Of a stretch of 64,000 bases of DNA, positions 10,941-23,401 are shown piece by piece. The notes below the pieces were generated by a model, which was given only the letters and a program-made list of their open reading frames with translations, did not search any database and was not told the origin of the DNA. The stretch covers positions 17,531,028 to 17,595,027 of the forward strand of contig CM082576.2 in assembly GCA_040954595.2 (NCBI GenBank), in the 5' to 3' direction. Positions within the stretch are counted from its first letter, which is position 1. Each line of letters starts with the position of its first letter. This DNA comes from Balanoglossus misakiensis (taxonomy: Eukaryota > Animalia > Hemichordata). A program made the translations under genes and the position numbers.

Positions 10941-13900
10941 GGAGAAGGACAAGCGTAGCAGAAGGGGCCACCGCAGTCAGATGACGAAACTCATTGTCAA
11001 GGCGGGAAACATCACCTCGACCGAGACACCGCTGGAAAAGGACCAACTCGCGGTCCTGGAAGCGACCCTTGACAATATCACCGAGAGGCTAGAACAGCTC
11101 AAAGTTCTCGACGAAAGGATTCTCGACGAGGTCGATGATGACAATTTCGACGAAGAGTACGCAGCGGCCGACGACTACCGCATAGAAATCTACGACCAGC
11201 TGGTGAAGTTTAAGAAGTTTTTACAAGAACAGTCTTCACCACCATCAAACCAGGCCGGTCCACCCCTAGGAAGCAGCCAAGTAAGTCTATCTTCTGTATC
11301 GAGTCAGCCGTCTAGAAAGGTAAATCTACCGAAGCTGACACTAGCCCCATTTACCGGGGACGTTCTCACCTGGCAAAGCTTCAGGGATGGGTTTGACGCT
11401 GCCGTCCACGACGACACGAGTATAGACGATGTCCAAAAATTCCAATATTTGAGGGCACATCTTCGTGGCGAAGCAGCGCGCAAAATCCAGAACTTGCCGT
11501 TGACTAGAGATCACTACCACGAAGCATTAGATTTGCTGACCAAGAGCTATGGCCGACCACAAAAAATCATAAGTGCATATATGAAGGCACTGTGGCAGCT
11601 TGAAAAACCGACTGGAACACTGAACAGTATGATAATTTTTCATGACAACATGGAAAGTTACATACGAGGGCTAAATGCTCTCGGCAAATCCGACGACAAC
11701 TTCGGAGATCTGCTGATTCCAATCATCCTCGAGAAACTACCGGCCAATATACGAAGACAAATCTCTAGAGATCAAGGTGAAGAAGAGTGGACGTTGAAAG
11801 GTCTGAGAGAAGCGATTCGACGCGAAATCGAAGCTGATAGAGCCGGTCAACCGACCGAAGACCTCGACATCCACACCGAGCATCTTCCAGCCACTGCCGC
11901 GTTTGTCACAACGACCCACCAGAAACCCATGAGACCAGCACAGTGTGCATTCTGCAAGAGAAGCGGTCATAGACCTACGGAATGTCAGGTGGTTACCGAC
12001 AAACGCAGACGACTTGAAATCGTCAAAAGGGACAGACTCTGTTACAACTGCCTCGGCAATCATCGCGTTTCAGACTGTAAATCCAAGTTCAAGTGTCAAG
12101 TCTGTAAACGCAAACACCACACTACGATTTGTATGGTAGAGATGTCAAGGCAGCCAGCGACACCGAGGGAAGATGTCCACACATTCGTGTCATCCGATAC
12201 CAGCCAGAAGTCTCCGGTGCTCCTGAAGACTGCAGTAGCGGACGTCAGCGCCAAGGGTTCCAGAGCATCAGAACCAGCGACGCTGTTGTTCGACGACGGT
12301 TCCCAAAGAACTTTCATCACTGAACGTACGGCGAGAACGATCGGCATCAACGTCGACAGGTGCGAATCCGAAGTGATCAACGTATCTACACTTGGGGCGA
12401 AATCTACTGGATTGCGGTCTCTGAAGGTTACAGACGTGACGGTAATTATACCCAATAATTCTAATGTCAGTATACGTGCGTTGATTGTTCCTCAAATCAC
12501 AACACCATTGAGAAATTATTTCCAACCGAGTGTTAGTCTTGCCAGATTGCCATATTTGCAAGGTTTAGAGTTAGCTCATCCTGTGTCTGATATTCATGAT
12601 TTTGAGATTTCCATTTTAGTAGGGGCTGACTTCTACTATTCCTTTGTGGGTGATCATATTGTTCGTGGCAAGGGACCAACGGCCGTGTCTTCCAAATTGG
12701 GATATTTGCTATCTGGGCCCCTGTTGTCGCAAAGTGCGAATCCCTGCCCCGCCTCCACTGTAATGCATGTCGCCACGCACACCTCAAATGAGGATCACCT
12801 CCTCCAAAAGTTTTGGGATGTAGAAAGTATCGGCATAACCGATGCTACAAATCATGGCCTTGAAACTACCTATGATAGTTTCACTCAAACACACCTTCGC
12901 CAACAAAACGGTCGCTATGTTTCTAAACTTCCGTGGCGCCAAGATCACGCCCCGCTCCCAACAAACCAGGATATCTGCGAAAAGCGAACGCGCTCTATGG
13001 TACGACGATTGTCACCAGAAACACGACAGGTATACAATAAACTCATCAACGACCAGTTAGCGCGCGGCTTTATTGAACCAGTCTCCAATGACGATGTGAA
13101 TTCTGGCCATTATTTACCACATCATCCCGTGAAGAAAAACTCAGAAACCACGCCGATAAGAATAGTATACGACTGCAGTTGCAAAACCGCAAACAACCCT
13201 AGTTTGAACGACTGTTTAGATACGGGACCTTCGCTACTCAATGACCTCGCATCGATTCTACTTCGCTTCCGCATGCACAAATTTGGCGTTTCCGCGGACA
13301 TCGAGAAAGCGTTTTTACAAGTAGGTCTTCACGAGTCCGACCGCGATTTCACCAAATTCATGTGGCTGTCCGACCCGCGAGATCCAAACAGCCCGTTCAC
13401 TGTTTACCGCTTCAAAGTCGTTCTCTTCGGCGCGGCATGTTCGCCTTTCATTCTGAACGCAACCGTTAAGTTCCACTTAGAAAGTGACGGCTCCGAAACA
13501 GCCACTGATTTGAGTAGAAATATCTACGTTGATAATGTTCTGAGTGGCCGTGACTCAGAAACAGAGCTCGTTGGTTATCACACCGAAACCGTGAATCTCA
13601 TGAAATCGAGCGGCTTCAACCTTCGAGAATGGGCAACCAATTCCGCAGAATTGAAAGAAATTGTCACGAACGCGAATATAGCTTGCTCCGATAGTATCGC
13701 CAACGTTCTCGGTCTTCGCTGGGATACAGATTCTGATTTACTCGGGTACCCAAATAAGGTCGCGAACCATTCAACAGATAACGACCCACTTGTGACTAAG
13801 CGGGAGGTCGTAAGCGCGACAGCTAGTTTGTACGATCCCCTGGGATTCATTACACCCGTGCATATCAACGCGAAAATTTTCGTTCAGAAATTATGGAAAG

Positions 13901-16245
13901 AAAAACTTCATTGGGATGAACCTCTATCAACTGATCTTCGTAACGAATGGGTCGGAATATACCGCGAATTGCAAGCCGTCACCCAAGTTCAAATTCCGCG
14001 CCGGATTCTCAACTCTAACACTGGTGACGACGCGTTTGAATTACACGTATTTTCCGATGCTAGCAAGAAAGCTTACGGCGCTGCAGTTTATTTACGTCAC
14101 CGAACTTCGGCCGAAACCGCGCTCGTAATGTCTAAGAGTAAAGTGACCCCCGTCAAATTAATGACAATACCGCGTGCCGAATTGATGGGAGCCTTGTTAG
14201 GATCACGACTCGTGAAATTTGTTCATTCTAGTCTCAGCGAACAAGTCAGGATTGAAAAGTGTATCCTGTGGTCAGATAGTCAGATCGTTCTACATTGGTT
14301 ACAAGGCAACAAAACACTGCCCTGCTTTGTAAACAATAGAGTCGCTGAAATCAAAGCGAATGAAATCTTGAATGATTACAAGTATTGTCCTACAACAGAT
14401 AATCCGGCTGATCTGTTATCACGCGGCATCTCAACATCACACCTGACCAACAACGCGCTGTGGTGGCACGGTCCTCAATGGCTGAAACACGGCGATTGGC
14501 CAATCTGTGAAGTGTTTGATAGTCAGGTATTACACATCGCCGATGAAATTTCTCCGCCTGAGGTTGACAAAGGTACACCTCAACAACCCACCACATATGT
14601 TGGTATCGCGGACATCATCAACGCATCTAATTACAGCACGTTGTCAAAACTACTACGCGTAAGCGCATACGTGTTACGATTCGTTCACAACGTGAAAGTA
14701 AAGAAACAAGATCGCCACGTCGACACCTTGAGCGCACGCGAAATTAACGCCGCGGAAAAACTATGGGTACACGATGTTCAGAATCGCGCGTACCCGACAG
14801 AGATAAGGGCCCTGACAGCGAAACAAAATTCAGCGGGCCAATTAACTCGCCAACTTCGACTATTTCTCGATGAAGAAGGTTTCATTCGTGTTGGCGGCAG
14901 GCTTCATAATGCGCCAATAAGTTGTGAAGCGAAATTTCCACTCCTACTACCACGAACGAGCTACTTCACAACACTCATGGTAGTGGCCATCCACTCGCGA
15001 GCGAAACATTCTGGATCGCAGACAACGACCACGCTCATTCGCCAAAGGTTTTGGATCCCCCAAATTCGACCTTTCGTTCGTTCAATACTGAAAAAATGTG
15101 TTGTCTGTAAATTGGTGTGTGGGAAGCCATACAGAAAACCAATCCCTGCACCTTTACAGAGCTGTAGATTACGCGAAGCTCCTCCCTTTACGACCACTGG
15201 CGTAGATTTCACCGGTGCCGTGTATGTCTCAACCGGTAAGTCCGAACAAAAGGCATACATTTGTTTATTCACTTGCGCTGTGACTCGTGCAATCCACTTA
15301 GAGCTAGTGACCGATTTGACTGCCGAAACATTCTTACGTGCCTTTAGACGGTTCGCAGCCAGGCGCTCGTTACCACGTAAAATCATGTCGGACAACGGGT
15401 CTACGTACTTATCTGCGTCGGAAGAGATAGGAAAACTGTTAAGGTCGGATGCCGTACAAAACCACTTTGCGAATTGCCGCGTAGAATGGTGTTTTATACC
15501 AAAACGCGCTCCTTGGTTTGGAGGCTTTTGGGAGAGATTGATCGGCCTCACTAAAACATCTCTCAGAAAGGTTCTAGGTCGACGCTTCGTGTCTGTTGAT
15601 GAACTACAGACGGTCCTCACCGAAATCGAGGCTACCCTAAACGATCGTCCCCTCACTCATCTTTCTTCGGATTCCAACGATCTACCACCCCTGACCCCTT
15701 CACACTTATTGTATGGCCGTCCTATCACTACATTGCCATACTACACCGTTGATGATAGCGAGCTAAATGACCCAACTTTCGGCAATCATGAGAATCTTCA
15801 AAGAAGAGCCGAATATTTAGCCAAAATTCACTGTCACTTCTGGAGGAGATGGTCCCAAGAGTATTTGAATGCATTACGTGAACAGGACAAAATCTCTGGG
15901 AAGGGGGTCCTACAAAATCAAATTCGGGTGGGTGATGTCGTTCTGGTCGAAAATAAATCTCTGCCACGAATAAAATGGTCACTTGCCCTAGTAGAGAGGC
16001 TTGAGATAGGTAACGATGGTTTAGCACGTTCTGCTTGCATAAGAACGCGAACTGGCACGACTAACAGACCTATTACAAAACTGTACCCTTTAGAGATCAA
16101 TCTTGAGTCAGAGGACAATCTAAACCACGTAGACATTGGAAATACACGTACTGAGTACAACAATGTGGACACCACACGACCAGTACGTGTAGCGGGTATA
16201 AGAGCCCGACAACGCTTGAGAGAACTCTCTTCTGTTCTTTATTAA
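10939..16245 (+). CDS. BEL/Pao Gag-Pol polyprotein (1768 aa): Gag, three zinc knuckles, aspartic protease, reverse transcriptase, RNase H, integrase
   Basis: LPKLTLAPFTGD Gag; CAFCKRSGHRPTEC, CYNCLGNHRVSDC, CQVCKRKHHTTIC knuckles; LLFDDGSQRTFI protease; ADIEKAFLQ and YVDN (RT); FSDAS and WSDSQ (RNase H); HSRAKH...CVVC, GVDFTG, SDNG, WERL (integrase); domain order PR-RT-RH-IN. Confidence 0.97.
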   Translation: MEKDKRSRRGHRSQMTKLIVKAGNITSTETPLEKDQLAVLEATLDNITERLEQLKVLDERILDEVDDDNFDEEYAAADDYRIEIYDQLVKFKKFLQEQSSPPSNQAGPPLGSSQVSLSSVSSQPSRKVNLPKLTLAPFTGDVLTWQSFRDGFDAAVHDDTSIDDVQKFQYLRAHLRGEAARKIQNLPLTRDHYHEALDLLTKSYGRPQKIISAYMKALWQLEKPTGTLNSMIIFHDNMESYIRGLNALGKSDDNFGDLLIPIILEKLPANIRRQISRDQGEEEWTLKGLREAIRREIEADRAGQPTEDLDIHTEHLPATAAFVTTTHQKPMRPAQCAFCKRSGHRPTECQVVTDKRRRLEIVKRDRLCYNCLGNHRVSDCKSKFKCQVCKRKHHTTICMVEMSRQPATPREDVHTFVSSDTSQKSPVLLKTAVADVSAKGSRASEPATLLFDDGSQRTFITERTARTIGINVDRCESEVINVSTLGAKSTGLRSLKVTDVTVIIPNNSNVSIRALIVPQITTPLRNYFQPSVSLARLPYLQGLELAHPVSDIHDFEISILVGADFYYSFVGDHIVRGKGPTAVSSKLGYLLSGPLLSQSANPCPASTVMHVATHTSNEDHLLQKFWDVESIGITDATNHGLETTYDSFTQTHLRQQNGRYVSKLPWRQDHAPLPTNQDICEKRTRSMVRRLSPETRQVYNKLINDQLARGFIEPVSNDDVNSGHYLPHHPVKKNSETTPIRIVYDCSCKTANNPSLNDCLDTGPSLLNDLASILLRFRMHKFGVSADIEKAFLQVGLHESDRDFTKFMWLSDPRDPNSPFTVYRFKVVLFGAACSPFILNATVKFHLESDGSETATDLSRNIYVDNVLSGRDSETELVGYHTETVNLMKSSGFNLREWATNSAELKEIVTNANIACSDSIANVLGLRWDTDSDLLGYPNKVANHSTDNDPLVTKREVVSATASLYDPLGFITPVHINAKIFVQKLWKEKLHWDEPLSTDLRNEWVGIYRELQAVTQVQIPRRILNSNTGDDAFELHVFSDASKKAYGAAVYLRHRTSAETALVMSKSKVTPVKLMTIPRAELMGALLGSRLVKFVHSSLSEQVRIEKCILWSDSQIVLHWLQGNKTLPCFVNNRVAEIKANEILNDYKYCPTTDNPADLLSRGISTSHLTNNALWWHGPQWLKHGDWPICEVFDSQVLHIADEISPPEVDKGTPQQPTTYVGIADIINASNYSTLSKLLRVSAYVLRFVHNVKVKKQDRHVDTLSAREINAAEKLWVHDVQNRAYPTEIRALTAKQNSAGQLTRQLRLFLDEEGFIRVGGRLHNAPISCEAKFPLLLPRTSYFTTLMVVAIHSRAKHSGSQTTTTLIRQRFWIPQIRPFVRSILKKCVVCKLVCGKPYRKPIPAPLQSCRLREAPPFTTTGVDFTGAVYVSTGKSEQKAYICLFTCAVTRAIHLELVTDLTAETFLRAFRRFAARRSLPRKIMSDNGSTYLSASEEIGKLLRSDAVQNHFANCRVEWCFIPKRAPWFGGFWERLIGLTKTSLRKVLGRRFVSVDELQTVLTEIEATLNDRPLTHLSSDSNDLPPLTPSHLLYGRPITTLPYYTVDDSELNDPTFGNHENLQRRAEYLAKIHCHFWRRWSQEYLNALREQDKISGKGVLQNQIRVGDVVLVENKSLPRIKWSLALVERLEIGNDGLARSACIRTRTGTTNRPITKLYPLEINLESEDNLNHVDIGNTRTEYNNVDTTRPVRVAGIRARQRLRELSSVLY

Positions 16246-16644
16246 TAATGCAATTTCAGTGTACGGACATTGTTACACGACTCATGTGTGATATTTAAAC
16301 AATGAGAGATTTCTTTAACCTTGTACATGTATTTGAATCCTTTCCATGTAGCATTTTTTGTGCATTCAATTTTTTGTTGAAATTTCATTGTATTGAGAGC
16401 CTTTCATTGTATTGCGAGCTTTGTTTCACCTGTTGCCTAGTTTAATTAGTTTTTTTTGACGTGTTTTCTGATTTCGAGATTTATCACCTGTTATAACAGG
16501 TTATTCCTTAGTTTATTGAAGTTTGAGATTATCGAAGAGTATTACATATCTTTTTTGCAAGTGCATAAATATCTTGTTTATGAGATTAAGAAGTTTTTCG
16601 CACTTCCTTTTTGATGTTTATTTGTAGTTTATCTGTAATTTCTT

Positions 16645-16657
16645 GCGGGCGGGAGGA
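16645..16657 (+). promoter_or_regulatory. Polypurine tract
   Basis: gcgggcgggagga immediately 5' of the 3' LTR. Confidence 0.8.
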
Positions 16658-16944
16658 TGTCGGAGACCACACACGGCATATTATAGACTCCGCCCACGAT
16701 TTGTCTGTCAGACATGTAATCTTCATCAGACATGTAATTCCTTATTTACTACCCGTGTGACGCCGGTCACCAAACCTATTGTACCAGGTGTGAATGCCAA
16801 AGTTCACCACACGGTATATAAACCGCAGAGTTTGTGACAATAAACTAGACTTGAATTTGGTATTGAAACTCACGCATCTCGTCTCACTTCCCGGCCATTC
16901 GTCCCTCTCCACTCCCTGAACCCCTCTCAAGTGTACGCCGTACA
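16658..16944 (+). repeat. 3' LTR (287 bp)
   Basis: Direct repeat of 10631-10917. Confidence 0.97.
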
Positions 16945-17449
16945 AAAAGCCAAAAATTGAAAGCTGTTTGAATTTCTGCGACTATTAACCCAAAGGAAGC
17001 TTTAGCCTACTAACACACACACAGCACGAGAACGAACGGTTTGTCTTGCTAAAATAGATGTTCTGCAAAATAAAATTAAACAACTTGAATGATTATGGAA
17101 TTAAGGTAGTTAGAGAAAACATGAATTTAAAGAAAAAAAGAAAAAAAATGTGAAGATTATTTAGGCCTAATAGGAAAGTTTAAAAACAACAAAATGAAGA
17201 CTGCTTGAATTTCTGCGACAATAAACTCAACGTAAGCCAACACTACTCACTCCGAGCCCGACCTGGTAATTTGTATCGACCGACTATAGCTTAGGCCTAT
17301 ACGGGAGAGAACGGTTTATGAACTTATGTTCTACAAAAATGATCATGAAATTAAAGAATTTGGGGAAAAAAATTAAAAAATGGACGTTTACGACGACAAA
17401 AAAGAAGCATTTTTAATGCAAAAGTTACGAAAAAAGAAAAATTGAATTC

Positions 17450-17569
17450 AAGCCTACGGCACGTGGTATTCCCAGGCGGTCACCCATCCAAGTACTAACC
17501 ACGCCCAACGCAGCTTAACTTCGGTGATCGGACGAGAACCGGTGTATTCGACGTGGTATGGCCGTAGGC
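17450..17569 (-). rRNA. 5S rRNA copy 9
   Basis: Same 120-nt sequence. Confidence 0.98.
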
Positions 17570-18824
17570 AAAGACTGCTTGAATTTCTGCGATTATTAAG
17601 CCAACGGAAGCTTCACTAACACATAGGCGTACACACAGAGCACGCGGCACGATAATTTGTGTGCGTGGCTAGCTGATTGACCGACCCTATCTTACAATTT
17701 ATATGGGAGAGAGCGGTTTTGTCTTGTTATATCCTGCAAAAAGTGACCATCGGTGGAGAAATAATGCATGACGTGATAATTTGTGTGTGGCCGATCGACC
17801 GTCCCTGTCTTTGTACGTATGTTATGCAAAACACAGTGTTCGAAAAACGCCTGTCCGTCCGACAGTCCGAGGCTGGTTGTTTTTCCCACCACTGAGACTG
17901 GTAGAAAAAAGTGACCAGGTTGAATATTTAGGCCTAGCGTAGAGTTGACTTGTTTGCGGTATCATATAGACGTATACGTGACCCCATCGTGACCCTGGCT
18001 GTCCGGGATAGCACCACCAACGATATCTTTTAGACCATCTTCTGTTCCTTAGGCCCCTAATTGCAATTAATTACCGTCCCTATCGTATATAGGAGAGAAA
18101 GGGTTTGTCTTGGTATGTTATGCAAAACACTTGAATGATGAATTTATAAAAGAAAGAAATTGACGTTTATGACATCATTCAGACTAGACGTAACCGACCC
18201 CAAAAGGTCCCAATGGTATATTAACATCATATACCAATTGGACTTAAAAAGCCAAAAATTGAAAGCTGTTTGAATTTCTGCGACTATTAACCCAAAGGAA
18301 GCTTTAGCCTACTAACACACACACAGCACGAGAACGAACGGTTTGTCTTGCTAAAATAGATGTTCTGCAAAATAAAATTAAACAACTTGAATGATTATGG
18401 AATTAAGGTAGTTAGAGAAAACATGAATTTAAAGAAAAAAAGAAAAAAAATGTGAAGATTATTTAGGCCTAATAGGAAAGTTTAAAAACAACAAAATGAA
18501 TTTAAAGAAAAAAAGAAAAAAAATGTGAAGATTATTTAGGCCTAATAGGAAAGTTTAAAAACAACAAAATGAAGACTGCTTGAATTTCTGCGACAATAAA
18601 CTCAACGTAAGCCAACACTACTCACTCCGAGCCCGACCTGGTAATTTGTATCGACCGACTATAGCTTAGGCCTATACGGGAGAGAACGGTTTATGAACTT
18701 ATGTTCTACAAAAATGATCATGAAATTAAAGAATTTGGGGGAAAAAATTAAAAAATGGACGTTTACGACGACAAAAAAGAAGCATTTTTAATGCAAAAGT
18801 TACGAAAAAAGAAAAATTGAATTC

Positions 18825-18944
18825 AAGCCTACGGCACGTGGTATTCCCAGGCGGTCACCCATCCAAGTACTAACCACGCCCAACGCAGCTTAACTTCGGT
18901 GATCGGACGAGAACCGGTGTATTCGACGTGGTATGGCCGTAGGC
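18825..18944 (-). rRNA. 5S rRNA copy 10
   Basis: Same 120-nt sequence. Confidence 0.98.
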
Positions 18945-20109
18945 AAAGACTGCTTGAATTTCTGCGATTATTAAGCCAACGGAAGCTTCACTAACACATA
19001 GGCGTACACACAGAGCACGCGGCACGATAATTTGTGTGCGTGGCTAGCTGATTGACCGACCCTATCTTACAATTTATATGGGAGAGAGCGGTTTTGTCTT
19101 GTTATATCCTGCAAAAAGTGACCATCGGTGGAGAAATAATGCATGACGTGATAACTTGTGTGTGGCCGATCGACCGTCCCTGTCTTTGTGTACACGTATG
19201 TTATGCAAAACACAGTGTTCGAAAAACGCCTGTCCGTCCGACAGTCCGAGGCTGGTTGTTTTTCCCACCACTGAGACTGGTAGAAAAAAGTGACCAGGTT
19301 GAATATTTAGGCCTAGCGTAGAGTTGACTTGTTTGCGGTATCATATAGACGTATACGTGACCCCATCGTGACCCTGGCTGTCCGGGATAGCACCACCAAC
19401 GATATCTAGGCCCCTAATTGCAATTAATTACCGTCCCTATCGTATATTGGAGAGAAAGGGTTTGTCTTGGTATGTTATGCAAAACACTTGAATGATGAAT
19501 TTAAAAAAGAAAGAAATTGACGTTTATGACATCATTCAGACTAGACGTAACCTACCCCAAAAGGTCCAAATGGTATATTAACATCATACACCAAATTGGT
19601 CTTAAAAAGCCAAAAATTGAAAGCTGTTTGAATTTCTGCGACTATTAACCCAAAGGAAGCTTTAGCCTACTAACACACACACAGCACGAGAACGAACGGG
19701 TTTGTCTTGCTAAAATAGATGTTCTGCAAAATAAAATTCAAAAAATTGAATGATTATGGAATTAAGGTAGTTAGAGAAAACATGAATTTAAAGAAAAAAA
19801 GAAAAAAAATGTGAAGATTATTTAGGCCTAATAGGAAAGTTTAAAAACAACAAAAAACAACTGCTTGAATTTCTGCGACAATAAACTCAACGTAAGCCAA
19901 CACTACTCACTCCGAGCCCGACCTGGTAATTTGTATCGACCGACTATAGCTTAGGCCTATACGGGAGAGAACGGTTTATGAACTTATGTTCTACAAAAAT
20001 GATCATGAAATTAAAGAATTTGGGGGAAAAAATTAAAAAATGGACGTTTACGACGACAAAAAAGAAGCATTTTTAATGCAAAAGTTACGAAAAAAGAAAA
20101 ATTGAATTC

Positions 20110-20229
20110 AAGCCTACGGCACGTGGTATTCCCAGGCGGTCACCCATCCAAGTACTAACCACGCCCAACGCAGCTTAACTTCGGTGATCGGACGAGAACC
20201 GGTGTATTCGACGTGGTATGGCCGTAGGC
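20110..20229 (-). rRNA. 5S rRNA copy 11
   Basis: Same 120-nt sequence. Confidence 0.98.
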
Positions 20230-22096
20230 AAAGACTGCTTGAATTTCTGCGATTATTAAGCCAACGGAAGCTTCACTAACACATAGGCGTACACACAGAG
20301 CACGCGGCACGATAATTTGTGTGCGTGGCTAGCTGATTGACCGACCCTATCTTACAATTTATATGGGAGAGAGCGGTTTTGTCTTGTTATATCCTGCAAA
20401 AAGTGACCATCGGTGGAGAAATAATGCATGACGTGATAATTTGTGTGTGGCCGATCGACCGTCCCTGTCTTTGTACGTATGTTATGCAAAACACAGTGTT
20501 CGAAAAACGCCTGTCCGTCCGACAGTCCGAGGCTGGTTGTTTTTCCCACCACTGAGACTGGTAGAAAAAAGTGACCAGGTTGAATATTTAGGCCTAGCGT
20601 AGAGTTGACTTGTTTGCGGTATCATATAGACGTATACGTGACCCCATCGTGACCCTGGCTGTCCGGGATAGCACCACCAACGATATCTTTTAGACCATCT
20701 TCTGTTCCTTAGGCCCCTAATTGCAATTAATTACCGTCCCTATCGTATATTGGAGAGAAAGGGTTTGTCTTGGTATGTTATGCAAAACACTTGAATGATG
20801 AATTTAAAAAAGAAAGAAATTGACGTTTATGACATCATTCAGACTAGACGTAACCGACCCCAAAAGGTCCCAATGGTATATTAACATCATATACCAAATT
20901 GGACTTAAAAAGCCAAAAATTGAAAGCTGTTTGAATTTCTGCGACTATTAACCCAAAGGAAGCTTTAGCCTACTAACACACACGCGGCACGATAATTTGT
21001 GTGCGTGGCCAGCTGATTGACCGACCCTATCTTACAATTTGTATGGGAGAGAGCGGTTTTGTCTTGTTATATCCTGCAAAAAGTGACCATCGGTGGAGAA
21101 ATAATGCATGATGTGATAACTTGTGTGTGGCCGATCGACCGTCCCTGTCTTTGTGTACACGTATGTTATGCAAAACACAGAGTTCGAAAAACGCCTGTCC
21201 GTCCGACAGTCCGAGGCTGGTTGTTTTTCCCACCACTGAGACTGGTAGAAAAAAGTGACCAGGTTGAATATTTAGGCCTAGCGTAGAGTTGACTTGTTTG
21301 CGGTATCATATAGACGTATACGTGACCCCATCGTGACCCTGGCTGTCCGGGATAGCACCACCAACGATATCTTTTAGACCATCTTCTGTTCCTTAGGCCC
21401 CTAATTGCAATTAATTACCGTCCCTATCGTATATTGGAGAGAAAGGGTTTGTCTTGGTATGTTATGCAAAACACTTGAATGATGAATTTATAAAAGAAAG
21501 AAATTGACGTTTATGACATCATTCAGACTAGACGTAACCGACCCCAAAAGGTCCCAATGGTATATTAACATCATATACGAAATTGGACTTAAAAAGCCAA
21601 AAATTGAAAGCTGTTTGAATTTCTGCGACTATTAACCCAAAGGAAGCTTTAGCCTACTAACACACACACAGCACGAGAACGAACGGTTTGTCTTGCTAAA
21701 ATAGATGTTCTGCAAAATAAAATTAAACAACTTGAATGATTATGGAATTAAGGTAGTTAGAGAAAACATGAATTTAAAGAAAAAAAGAAAAAAAATGTGA
21801 AGATTATTTAGGCCTAATAGGAAAGTTTAAAAACAACAAAATGAAGACTGCTTGAATTTCTGCGACAATAAACTCAACGTAAGCCAACACTACTCACTCC
21901 GAGCCCGACCTGGTAATTTGTATCGACCGACTATAGCTTAGGCCTATACGGGAGAGAACGGTTTATGAACTAATGTTCTACAAAAATGATCATGAAATTA
22001 AAGAATTTGGGGAAAAAAATTAAAAAATGGACGTTTACGACGACAAAAAAGAAGCATTTTTAATGCAAAAGTTACGAAAAAAGAAAAATTGAATTC

Positions 22097-22216
22097 AAGC
22101 CTACGGCACGTGGTATTCCCAGGCGGTCACCCATCCAAGTACTAACCACGCCCAACGCAGCTTAACTTCGGTGATCGGACGAGAACCGGTGTATTCGACG
22201 TGGTATGGCCGTAGGC
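22097..22216 (-). rRNA. 5S rRNA copy 12
   Basis: Same 120-nt sequence. Confidence 0.98.
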
Positions 22217-23401
22217 AAAGACTGCTTGAATTTCTGCGATTATTAAGCCAACGGAAGCTTCACTAACACATAGGCGTACACACAGAGCACGCGGCACGAT
22301 AATTTGTGTGCGTGGCTAGCTGATTGACCGACCCTATCTTACAATTTATATGGGAGAGAGCGGTTTTGTCTTGTTATATCCTGCAAAAAGTGACCATCGG
22401 TGGAGAAATAATGCATGACGTGATAATTTGTGTGTGGCCGATCGACCGTCCCTGTTTTTGTACGTATGTTATGCAAAACACAGTGTTCGAAAAACGCCTG
22501 TCCGTCCGACAGTCCGAGGCTGGTTGTTTTTCCCACCACTGAGACTGGTAGAAAAAAGTGACCAGGTTGAATATTTAGGCCTAGCGTAGAGTTGACTTGT
22601 TTGCGGTATCATATAGACGTATACGTGACCCCATCGTGACCCTGGCTGTCCGGGATAGCACCACCAACGATATCTTTTAGACCATCTTCTGTTCCTTAGG
22701 CCCCTAATTGCAATTAATTACCGTCCCTATCGTATATAGGAGAGAAAGGGTTTGTCTTGGTATGTTATGCAAAACACTTGAATGATGAATTTATAAAAGA
22801 AAGAAATTGACGTTTATGACATCATTCAGACTAGACGTAACCGACCCCAAAAGGTCCCAATGGTATATTAACATCATACACCAAATTGGACTTAAAAAGC
22901 CAAAAATTGAAAGCTGTTTGAATTTCTGCGACTATTAACCCAAAGGAAGCTTTAGCCTACTAACAAACACACAGCACGAGAACGAACGGGTTTGTCTTGC
23001 TAAAATAGATGTTCTGCAAAATAAAATTAAAAAAAATTTGAATGATTATGGAATTAAGGTAGTTAGAGAAAACATGAATTTAAAGAAAAAAAGAAAAAAA
23101 ATGTGAAGATTATTTAGGCCTAATAGGAAAGTTTAAAAACAACAAAATGAAGACTGCTTGAATTTCTGCGACAATAAACTCAACGTAAGCCAACACTACT
23201 CACTCCGAGCCCGACCTGGTAATTTGTATCGACCGACTATAGCTTAGGCCTGTACGGGAGAGAACGGTTTATGAACTTATGTTCTACAAAAATGATCATG
23301 AAATTAAAGAATTTGGGGAAAAAAATTAAAAATGGACGTTTACGACGACAAAAAAGAAGCATTTTTAATGCAAAAGTTATGAAAAAAGAAAAATTGAATT
23401 C

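Larger units (their letters stand above)
10631..16944 (+). mobile_element. Full-length BEL/Pao LTR retrotransposon inserted in the 5S spacer
   Basis: TG...CA LTRs at 10631-10917 and 16658-16944; 5-bp TSD AAAAG (10626-10630 / 16945-16949) restores the normal spacer 'cttaaaaagccaaaa'; PBS, PPT and single gag-pol ORF. Confidence 0.98.

Noticed and set aside
11737-16175. Antisense and alternate-frame ORFs within the retrotransposon; possible env gene
   Set aside because: Shadows of the gag-pol ORF; the ~410 bp between the stop and the 3' LTR is T-rich with no env ORF
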